From Macrostomum hystrix (lineage: Eukaryota > Animalia > Platyhelminthes): a stretch of DNA of 64,000 nucleotides. Position 1 is the stretch's first letter. Each line of letters opens with the position of its first letter. The notes beneath the pieces were generated by a model, which was given only the letters and a program-made list of their open reading frames with translations, did no database searches and had not been told where the DNA came from. Where the stretch lies: the NCBI GenBank assembly GCA_950097015.1, contig CATNEN010000008.1:4402001-4466000 (forward strand), read 5' to 3'. This document shows positions 39,901 to 51,002 of this stretch, one piece after another. The position numbers and the translations under genes are program-made.

Positions 39901-42660
39901 GTAGCAGGAAAACGTCGCTAGGAATCGTCAGCAGGAATCATCGCTAGAATCGTAGCAGGAAAACGATAGGCTAGAATCGTAGCAGGAATCCATCGCTAGA
40001 ATTCGTAGCAGGAATCCATCGCTGGAATCGTAGAGGAATCCATCGCTAGAATTCGTAGCAGGAATCCATCGCTAGAATCGTAGCAGGAACCATCGCTAGA
40101 ATCGTAGCAGGAATCATCGCTAGAATCGTAGCAGGAATCATCGCTAGAATCGTAGCAGGAATCATCGCTAGAATCGTAGCAGGAACCAATCGCTAGAATT
40201 GTAGCAGGAATCATCGCTTGGAATCGTAGCAGGAACCATCGCTAGAATCGTAGCAGGAATCATCGCTAGAATCGTAGCAGAAAACGTAGCTGGAATCGTA
40301 GCAGGAATCATCGCTAGAATCGTAGCAGGAATCATCGCGAGAATCGTAGCAGGAACCATCGCTAGAATCGTAGCAGGAATCATCGCTAGAATCGTAGCAG
40401 AAAAACGTAGCTAGAACCGTAGCAGGAACCATCGCTAGAATCGTAGCAGGAATCATCGCTAGAATCGTAGCAGAAAACTTAGCTGGAATCGTAGCAGGAA
40501 TCATCGCTAGAATCGTAGCAGAAAACGTAGCTGGAATCGTAGCAGGAACCATCGCTAGAATCGTAGCAGGAATCATCGCTAGAATCGTAGCAGAAACGTA
40601 GCTGGAATCGTAGCAGGAATCATCGCTAGAATCGTAGCAGAAAACGTAGCTGGAATCGTAGCAGAAAACGTAGCTGGAATCGTAGCAGGAATCATCGCTA
40701 GAATCGTAGCAGAAAACGTAGCTGGAATCGTAGCAGGAACCATCGCTAGAATTGTAGCAGGAATCATCGCTGGAATCGTAGCAGGAACCATCGCTAGAAT
40801 TGTAGCAGGAATCATCGCTATAATCGTAGCAGGAACCATCGCTAGAATCGTAGCAGGAATCATCGCTGGAATCGTAGCAGGAACCATCGCTAGAATTGTA
40901 GCAGGAATCATCGCTAGAATCGTAGCAGGAATCATCGCTAGAATCGTAGCAGGAACCATCGCTAGAATCGTAGCAGGAATCATCGCTAGAATCGTAGCAG
41001 AAAACGTAGCTGGAATCGTAGCAGGAATCATCGCTAGAATCGTAGCAGGAACCATCGGTAGAATTGTAGCAGGAATCATCGCTAGAATCGTAGCAGGAAC
41101 CATCGCTAGAATCGTAGCAGGAATCATCGCTAGAATCGTAGCAGGAAACCATCGCTAGAATCGTAGCAGGAACCATCGCTAGAATCGTAGCAGGAATCAT
41201 CGCTAGAATCGTAGCAGGAATCATCGCTAGAATCGTAGCAGGAATCATCGCTAGAATCGTAGCAGGAACCATCGCTAGAATTGTAGCAGGAATCATCGCT
41301 GGAATCGTAGCAGGAACCATCGCTAGAATCGTAGCAGGAATCATCGCTAGAATCGTAGCAGGATTCATCGCTAGAATCGTAGCAGGAATCATCGCTAGAA
41401 TCGTAGCAGAAAACGTAGCTGGAATCGTAGCAGGAATCATCGCTAGAATCGTAGCAGGAATCATCGCGAGAATCGTAGCAGGAACCATCGCTAGAATCGT
41501 AGCAGGAATCAATCGCTAGAATCGTAGCAGAAAACGTAGCTAGAACCGTAGCAGGAACCATCGCTAGAATCGTAGCAGGAATCATCGCTAGAATCGTAGC
41601 AGAAAACGTAGCTGGAATCGTAGCAGGAACCATCGCTAGAATCGTAGCAGGAATCATCGCTAGAATCGTAGCAGAAAACGTAGCTGGAATCGTAGCAGGA
41701 ACCATCGCTAGAATCGTAGCAGGAATCATCGCTAGAATCGTAGCAGAAAACGTAGCTGGAATCGTAGCAGGAACCATCGCTAGAATCGTAGCAGGAATCA
41801 TCGCTAGAATCGTAGCAGAAACGTAGCTGGAATCGTAGCAGGAATCATCGCTAGAATCGTAGCAGAAAACGTAGCTGGAATCGTAGCAGGAACCATCGCT
41901 AGAATCGTAGCAGGAATCATCGCTAGAATCGTAGCAGAAAACGTAGCTGGAATCGTAGCAGGAACCATCGCTAGAATTGTAGCAGGAATCATCGCTGGAA
42001 TCGTAGCAGGAACCATCGCTAGAATTGTAGCAGGAATCATCGCTGGAATCGTAGCAGGAACCATCGCTAGAATCGTAGCAGGAATCATCGCTGGAATCGT
42101 AGCAGGAACCATCGCTAGAATCGTAGCAGGAACCATCGCTAGAATCGTAGCAGGAACCATCGCTAGAATCGTAGCAGGAACCATCGCTAGAATCGTAGCA
42201 GGAATCATCGCTAGAATCGTAGCAGGAATCATCGCTAGAATCGTAGCAGAAAACGTAGCTGGAATCGTAGCAGGAACCATCGCTAGAATTGTAGCAGGAA
42301 TCATCGCTGGAATCGTAGCAGGAACCATCGCTAGAATTGTAGCAGGAATCATCGCTGGAATCGTAGCAGGAACCATCGCTAGAATCGTAGCAGGAACCAT
42401 CGCTAGAATCGTAGCAGGAATCATCGCTAGAATCGTAGCAGGAATCATCGCTAGAATCGTAGCAGGAATCATCGCTAGAATCGTAGCAGGAACCATCGCT
42501 AGAATTATAGCAGGAATCATCGCTGGAATCGTAGCAGGAACCATCGCTAGAATCGTAGCAGAAAACTTAGCTGGAATCGTAGCAGGAACCATCGCTAGAA
42601 TCGTAGCAGAAAACATAGCTGGAATCGTAGCAGGAACCATCGCTAGAATCGTAGCAGGAA
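33975..42660. repeat. About 8.7-kb satellite array of a 24-bp unit (ATCGCTAGAATCGTAGCAGGAATC, with ...GGAACC and GTAGCTGG...GAAAAC variants), about 360 units, with a ~1.08-kb higher-order repeat
   Basis: There is a continuous 24-nt period. Lines 36961 and 38041 are identical (offset 1080 = 45 units), and rare variants recur at matching offsets. Confidence 0.98.
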
Positions 42661-43359
42661 GCGAAGGTGCTTATGTCAGAATCGTATTATGGAAAGTACA
42701 GTGCTTTTTAGTCCTCTTCGTTTGTTAATTTACGAATACTATTTTATAGGTGATAATTTACCATTTTTAACTCATTCGTACCTGCAAGACATGGACTTCT
42801 ATATCTAGCATCTAGATGCTAGCAAAATTTATGTCGGATCTTTGTGGCAAGCAAGTAGCATACGAGCAATTTATTAAATATCTTTGCCTTACTAGTGAAT
42901 TTCTTGTTTGTACAGGCCGATTCATTCGATTGTCTCATCTCCGCTTTCAACGCAGCTCGTGGTCGTGTCTTTTTTAATTCTATCCTAGGCCCACTAGTAG
43001 TATATGTTCCCGATCGCTGTTCTATGTAATAATATCGCGCTACACCTGATCCCTTTGTTTAATTAGAAAGTACACTGCTGTACTCTGCATATGGTGTTTT
43101 TCTTTGATCAGTCGTTGTATATTGCTGTTATCACTGTATATAGTTGACACGCGATATTTCATGAGTATTGTCTACATACATAAAGAAATTAGCTTTTTCG
43201 AGTTGTTTGTCTTTTTAGCTTTCTTTTGCGAATGAAGTATTAGCATTAGCAATTGTCTGATCTGACAAGATAGGTCCCGGTAAAAATGGTATCGTGAGAA
43301 CCGGCGTTTTAGACTAAACGCTTCTATGATGACTAGATCGCCTCTATAACGTTGAAATT

Positions 43360-43595
43360 GGGGGGTCAGTAAGGTCAAGGTCGCTGAGCTCGAGTCCGCG
43401 GCGAGGTCACATTCATTTGGGGTGCAGCCGCGGAGAGAAGGCTTGGGGCTTGTCGTGCAATTTACGCTCTTGAGGGCCAACTTCCAAGGCACAGTGAGAG
43501 TGTAACACTGCCTGACCACGAGAAAGTCAGGGCAGATGTACAAACCTGTGTGAGCGTTTGCCTGTGTACAGTATCTGAGTGCGTGTGTGCTCAGA
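43360..43595 (+). mobile_element. SINE family A, head internally deleted and 3'-truncated
   Basis: GGGGGGTCAGT start, then GAGCTCGAGTCCGCGGCGAGGTCACATTC...GCCGCGGAGAGAAGGCTT, colinear with the 29422 copy. Confidence 0.8.
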
Positions 43596-43737
43596 ATATA
43601 ACTCTTACAACTCTATTGCCTTTGCGTTGTTTCAGTCGTTTGAGCTCACGCGTCGATAAAGAGCGTAAATTGTACAGAGTCCTACTAAGCATTCCGTATA
43701 CGACCATTGAGTTGCTCAACTCTCATCCCACAGCGCC

Positions 43738-45714
43738 ATGTCAGCCGAGGCTGAGACGGTGGACATCAGATTCCTGCGCATGCTGCTCACACTGCGCTGG
43801 AGCCTGCCCGGCATAACCGAGAAGGATACTCTGCAACTGATGAAGCGGGCCGCCCTGGTCGAAATCCAGCGACTGCAGGTTTGAGCCCGACAGCATACCA
43901 CTGTGTACTCGTACACTTGCCTGGCGGAGCAACCGCTCCGCCATTCTCCATGGAGCTCTGAATCTAGAAACTGGGAGACCCCCATTTTCCGTACCAGTGT
44001 AGGCTGACTAACTGTCCCGAAAATATTTCATTTCTAAAATTTCCTTTGAGCACAGCTCACTAGCTAAAACAGGTAGACGCGCAAGCTTCAGCTGAAATAT
44101 AGAGAATTTATTCAGCTTTCTAATTAAACTTACTTTTGAAAATATATATGCACGATACATAAGTTATCTGTGTTTTTCTCCAAGTAGTGCATCAGAATTT
44201 CATATCTGCCCAGTGTATTTTCAGGACAGTCAGTCAGCCTACACTTGTACGGAAAATGAGGGTTTTGCGGGGAGTTGTCTCTCCAGTTTCTAGTTTCACA
44301 GCTCCATGCATTCACCCACCCCTACCTGCTGCTTCCCGTCAAGGCCCGCTTCTCGACTTCGGAGCTGCGCCGCGTTCTGTGCCACGAATTGCTCCACGCC
44401 TTCGCCTCCATCGCTCTGGAGCCGGCTCTGCTGCCAACCCTTGCCGCCGGCGAGAGATTCGTGCCCACCGCGGCTAGCGTGGCCAAGTCCTGGTCTACCT
44501 GGTGCGAGCTCTGCGTGGGAGCTCTGCGCGATGTGACGCAGCTGGGTGGTTTATCTAGGCCAGTGTTAGAGGTTAGTGACTTGCAGGGCGTTATCAAGGG
44601 CATCGAAGACGTCCTAGTTGATAAGATAAGGAATCGCTGGTCTAATCTGCAAGCGCTGGAGTGCATTGGGCGAAGGCCGCAGGTCTCAGCTGATGCTGCA
44701 CCGCTTGTTGCCTCATCTGAAGCCTCATCTGTACCTGGTACTATAGCGTCAGCTGATGAACCTAAAAAGAAATTAGCTGAAGAAGACCCAACGGCGACCC
44801 AAACGCTCCCTGCCTTTTCATGCTCAAATTTAATTGTCGTCAGCTCATCAACTGACCAAAACGGCTCTCCAAGCGATGTCGGCTTAGTTACAAATTTAAC
44901 AGAGGTGCCAGTACATGAGGCATTTTTTCACCAACAGCAGCAGCAGCATCAGCAGCCAAGCGCTTTATCGCCGCATTTTATGCCGCTGCCACTGATCAAT
45001 TCTGTTGGCTCGATCTACAGTATGTTGCCACTGCCGCCGCCGCCGCCGCCTCCTGCTCTGTTTTATTTTTGCAACTCCTCGATACCGCCTCCACCGCTGG
45101 TGCCTCTTATTCCCTTGCCATTCTTCGGACCCCCTTTTCACGGCTATTGTCCTAACCTACCGCCTCCGCCTCTGCCACCAAATAACTATTTCCCTGCCAA
45201 GCCTGTAGCATATAGCTCAATTGGTGATCAGGATAAGCCTGAAACTTCTACTTCTAACACTGCCGCATCATTGCACGACAACTTAAGTGCAGCCGCTTCT
45301 ACAGTAACTGCTGCATCAGAGCTTGGAAATTGTGCACCTACTCCTAAAGCAACTGCTGCATCAGAGCTTGGATATTTTGCACCTACTCCTAAAGCAACTG
45401 CTGCGTCGGTAGCTGAATACCGTACGCTTGTTCCGAACACCTCAGCACAAGATAGACCTACTGGACCTATTTCTTTCTCGACTGCATCCGTGCAAGACAA
45501 ACCTGAGAACGGCGAAGGCTCTAAAAAATGGTTGCCTGCCAGCGCAGTTTGCCTGGGCCGAAAGTGGCATGGCAGTCTCGCTGGCGATTCAGCGCCACCA
45601 AAGTCCAACAAGTGTTACTCTAGTGTGGCTCTTTCGGCTAATGACGGAACAGCGGCCGCAATTTTTCAGATTGTCGACGGTTGTTTGGAAGAAAGCGAAC
45701 TCAAACCGGATTAG
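43738..45714 (+). CDS. Uncharacterised protein B (about 517 aa), exons 43738-43878 and 44302-45714; probable paralog of protein A; Pro-rich C-terminal half
   Basis: Exon 1 is MSAEAETVDIRFLRMLLTLRWSLPG...QRLQ with donor CAG|GTTTG, spliced in phase 0 to CACAG|CTC. An alternative in-frame acceptor lies at 44286. It shares LLTLRW(S/T)L.G with gene A and carries a 45-bp internal duplication (TAASELGxxAPTPKA x2) at about 45307-45405. Confidence 0.72.
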
Positions 45715-48700
45715 AATTATTAAATTATAATAGCAGGTGCTAACTTAATTGTAGTTATTAGGATTCTATCTCACTAGAAATCAAGTAAGGAAGTTTTATT
45801 GATCAGATATTTTGCAGTATTTAATCCTACTAAGGTATTTTAAATACATTTACACGTCTCAATAGTGGAGGTTTCCGCTTCAGCAATTTCTACTCGGATC
45901 AACCCTCATATATCAGGGTCCATGTAGTGTAGCCTAAATTTTATTATTTAATATTTTAAACCTTTTTTTCTTTCTTTTTTTGTCTACATTTTTGCTTTTT
46001 GTCTGCCAGTCTTCATTTGCTACTTGCACAACCTTTCTTAGGCAATTTCCCTTTGTTAAGTCAACAATCTGCATGCACATTTTACTCACATTCGGCCTTT
46101 CGAAAAGTCACAATTCGGTAAAAAGGATTTTACCTTACTGCTGCACTCACTGCCAATATTGCTTCCACGTGAATTTCTTTTAGCATTAATTTACTATCAA
46201 TTCTAACTCTAATAATGCCCTTAATTGCTTTCATTGCTGACTGTAGATTGATTACATGTACTGTATCAATTATTATACTATCCTTGCGTTTTGCACACTT
46301 ACGTAATTATAATAAATAACTTCATTAGAGGCTATTGTGCACCTTATTGTTAACACCTTTTTTACAGACTTGGAGCCCTTTGCCGTTAATAAAGTTAAAC
46401 GTTTTTGCACGTTAATCATATAGCGGTTTGAAGATAAAGCAAAAGAGGTTGTGTTTCAACTTCAATCCAGGGCAAAATTGCTTTAACTTAGTAAATATAC
46501 TTATAGTATTATTTTCAAGGTAGAATAATATGTTTACATTTGTGGATACTCGTATGTATATAAACAGGCTTGTATTTGTGGCCTGTACGTTTGCCTTAAT
46601 GTGACCTTTTGGAAATATTTCTACCCATGCCTTATATATAAATTATGTACCTAATATGGGATATTTAGGTTAATATTTTTTGTTACATGATACTATTCTC
46701 AGTATTATTTCCACATGACATCCATATTATTGTACAGATTCGTCGAGATCTGGCTAAACTTGCTTAACAGATAACATAACACTTTAACATACTGAAGCGT
46801 GCTTAACTCTTCACGAAAGAACTAAAAGTACTAAAATGAATCTTAAAGATAACCATCCACACATAAATGCGCCAGTATGAACCATTTAGTTTTAATCAAC
46901 GGATTTGAACACTAGTCAGCCAAGCTTTTAAATATCTGTGCGAACGTACGTCTGAAAGGTAGAAAGAATTTAAATTGGTCTATAAAGGCGCATTCAGTCA
47001 ATCCAATGAGAGAATCGCGTATTAGAAAGTTGCAGTCACATCTACAGTCAAGCCACAACCAGGCTAAATGTACACTGCGCATGTAAAGTCCTTTAAAGGT
47101 TTGGGCGTTAGGCCAGTTGGGGTTGGTGCAATTTTATCGATCTGTTTTGGTCCTCCTTAACCCTTATGACCCCCTGTTTTTCTATCCCCCAGTCTAACAC
47201 TCCCCTCCGGCGTGAAAAACCACCCTTTCATTTGCTTAAAATGCCAGGATCGCACGCCCCGTCTTCATTTTACGCTCCCTATCTAGTTTACTCTGCGCGT
47301 AGCCGTGACTCGTTTTGGATTTTGACGCGCTTTCATCTGACGCTTTCTTGGCTCAACTATCAAACCAAATCTTTTTTATTTAATATATCGATTATGTGTC
47401 ATAGTCATAGCACCACGGAGGAGATTCTAAATAATATAGCTCGTACATGGGTAAGCTAGATTATTTTCTAGAAATAGTCCTATTCAATGCCAGTATATTT
47501 GAGCTTCTAGAATTTTAAAATTCTAGTTACCAATCACAGCATCTGATGTAAATATCTTCCGTCTAAAATGTCTCGATTTTCTTTTGTTTTTGTCATTGTT
47601 TACTTATTATAGACTGCCACAATTTTTTTTAATTAATAAAGACTTTAATACGATTTACTTCTAGTAATAGTAATAGTGGCATATTTCGCAGTTCCGCAGA
47701 TAATTATTGTATGTTTATTATCCCAAATTTTAGTGTATTACGAAATTAATTCTTTTTAAATATAAACAAGTGAAACTCCGTATTGCTGATTGCGCTATTA
47801 AATTATATCCTTTCCAAAGTAATCGCTTGAAGAAAAATGTTGTCGTTTTACATTCCAGCTACGTCAGACTGAAATTTCACCATGAGAAAACGAACTGACA
47901 ATGAGGAAGTTGGACAGAATCATCGATCCGGTTTTCAACTAATCAACCAAGTGTTCATGAATTTGTTTAATGATGAGAAGAGGATAATCTCAGCATAGTC
48001 AAGTCGACCGTTTCTAAAAAGACAGTAAGAAATTTCAGGTATTTATTGATAAAGGAAGGATACGCTTTAACAAAAATATTTTGCTGCAAGCAGGTGCGGT
48101 TTGACTGCAAATAATTTCATTGGCGAACACAACTGTCTGACCATCAACATCAAAAATTAACTGGCCTCCGATGGACTCAAGTGCAAACTATTTAAACTTC
48201 GAGATTTATACTTCAATTAAAAGGAGACAAAAGTACAAGCAAAGGAGAGATGAAGAGATTAAGTTCATTAAGAGCTGATGCTATTAATATAGTTTTAATA
48301 GTTGACAAATTAAAAAGCGAACCCTAGCGAATATTACTAACGAGTAGTATTATAAAGAAACTTTTGGATATAGTTGCTACTTAGCCAAAACAGTAATTTT
48401 ACTGCTATGTAGTTGCTAATTCATATGTGAAATTTGAATTACTCTTTCCTAAGATACCCTTACTAGATTTTTATGTTCGGAGTTCGGTATTAAAAATTTT
48501 ATGTTCGGTATTAAAAACACTCGTCGTAGCGGACACTCGTAGGCAATAAAAATATTTTTCGCTTCAGTTCTGTCTAAGGTAAAAACACCAAGCAAAGCCC
48601 GAAAGTGGATTGATGTGGTCTCTAAAGATTCGTCTATGACTCTATGGCAATGACAGGGACGGGTAAAAATGTATAAGTCAGCGGCCCACCACTTCATTTA

Positions 48701-51002
48701 ATTCTTAAGGCTCTGAGGCGAGCCGCTGTTTCAACCTCTGCCTGCGTCCTAGTCAGAATAAATGCATCCATTTTGCATTGAAAAAAAGCATCGCGTTTTT
48801 CTTCAGACATTGATCATGAGATAAAAAATCTTTATTTGATTTTGGTCTGATGTTTCAATATAAAAGTCCGACATTCAAAAGTGAGTCTACTGCAGCTAAA
48901 GCTACTCAAACAGCATTTTTACCAAAACAATACAAACAACTCGAGTGAGTCTAATCAAAGGACCAATTAGACTAACAACAGCTACAGCTACAGCTTCTGT
49001 GCAATTTCGAAGCACCTTTCACTTGTTACAGCTGATATTAAAGAATCGCAACGAGGATGAGCTTCGCCGCAAACAATCAGGAAATGGAAAATAATGGTCA
49101 GTATTAAATTAGAACCGACAACATTGTTCGCTTCACGAAACGAACAGCAAAGACATTTATTGCGCATCTAAATGATCAACTGACGGCAATAAAATGAACT
49201 AATCAATCATTTCTCTCCCTTCTCTCCAGTTAACCTTCCAGATTTCAACGATTGTGCTGAGATGGCCTTTGTGTTGAAGATCTGATGAAGCATCACCTGA
49301 GCTCGTATTATTCACGGTTGAGGCATCATTTTCGCGTAAGTTTTTAAACTGTAGTTTTAGTTTTAGTTTTATAGCAACCTTTACAAATACTAAGTACTCT
49401 GACTTCTGATACTGCTGCGACAAGTATTATGTGCTTATTGGCATTTTTTATTTTCGTTTTTTAATCAAAGCAATTAGGATGCTTCTTGTAGGCTAAGTTT
49501 TGCTTCCTGGATCGTGGTTAGAGCTTAAAATAACAACAACAAAGGGTAAATACAGTTAGAGAAGATCTACAGTCTGTCAATTGGTTGCAAATCGAAAGTT
49601 AGCGAGGCCATTATGTTATGGGATTCACGGTTTACGCATGATAAATTTTGCATTAAACTAACTAGTAAGTAAGGAAATCGTCTCAATGTAACCCAATGGA
49701 ACTGAGATATGCCCTGTCTCCTTCCCTCGGAATAGTGTGCTTGTGAATAACTCAATTGGCTATTCAAATGCGCAGAATGGTTGAGTCATGTTGATATCGA
49801 TCTTTGTGGGAGGTCTTTGTGGGACTCCTCTCTGTTCGAGCGGCCATTTGCTCTTGTGAGTAGGCCCTCGAACCCCTGCACATGTCACACAGACATATCA
49901 AACAACCCAAACCACTCTTTCCTCATTGCAGCCTTACCCAGTCCTGCGCGCCAGGTGAAACAGATTGGGAAGCAAACAGAAAACTAACTATAAACACAGA
50001 CTAGCTCGATAGTCACTGGCTGTGAGGGGATAGAAGCAATGAAAACTGGCAGTGGCAGCCTGTACATTATTGACTTTTGGGGGTTTCGTTCTCCACCCAC
50101 CTCTCCTGCTCCCAGGGGATATAATTGCACAACCTCTATAGTTGTCCGACCACCTTTTTAGGACCCCCTTCGTTCGGACCGAAGCATAGTCTAGGCCTAG
50201 ACAGTGTCGAATCTTTGCAGTCTTATCTATTTTGCAGTAAATCCCAAAAGAATAGATTAAATTGCCTCGCTAAAATACATAGCTATTATAACTTATAACA
50301 CGAGCCGATTTAAGCAGATTTAATCTTTTTACCTAGCTATTAAATCAGTGGGCGGCTTCTAGAATCCCTAACATCATTTGTAATCCTAATTCCTAAGCCC
50401 TAACTCCTAACTAAACCAAAACTTTTATCGTTTCAGTCTGCATCAAATTGGAAGCAGCCGAGAACCAATCTGGAGTTGGACATGACCTACCTGGCATATC
50501 TGGATTAGAACTATTTGCTGCGACCAGCCATATAGTTATAGTTATAGATATAGTTATTTTATTTTATCGCTTAAGCCGCTACTGCCGAGACCTTTTCATT
50601 TCATGCAGAAAATTGATTCTAATGCGATTTTGTCTAAACTTTCAAGACTTTTGTCTGTCATCATGAGATATTTTTCCCAAGTTGATTAGTGTTTCGGTTG
50701 AAGTTCAGAAAATTTTATTTGTACTTAAAAATATTTTCTACTACGACAGAACGCCATGTTTTTCTAAATGTTGAATTTTACCTAACTTTCTTTGAAGCCT
50801 TGTTTTCTATGCATAGAGCTGAATTGGATTACCCCTTCTATTATAGTTATTCAGGGTTTCTGATTCGTATTGAATAATAGCTATCTAGATAAACAACTAT
50901 TTGACCCATCAGCGACCATCTCCTAGCCTAGGGCTATTTAATTACAATTATTTTAGACCAAATGTCGCCTACAATTATTGTCCGCGCATTAACTTATTCC
51001 AG

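Noticed and set aside
34128-42640. Long minus-strand ORFs (MIPATILA and SCYDSSDD repeats, up to 823 aa)
   Set aside because: They are 24-bp satellite translations that switch frame at indels and contain no unique sequence. The same applies to ORFs at 4062-4872, 22952-23947, 57087-57655 and 63422-63934.
44383-44400. HExxH zinc-metalloprotease motif (CHELLH) in protein B
   Set aside because: It is not conserved at the aligned position in the apparent paralog A, and no third-ligand or zincin context was recognised.
46975-47005. CCAAT-TATAAA-TCAGTC promoter-like cluster
   Set aside because: The TATA-to-Inr spacing is about 15 nt rather than about 30, and no gene start lies nearby.
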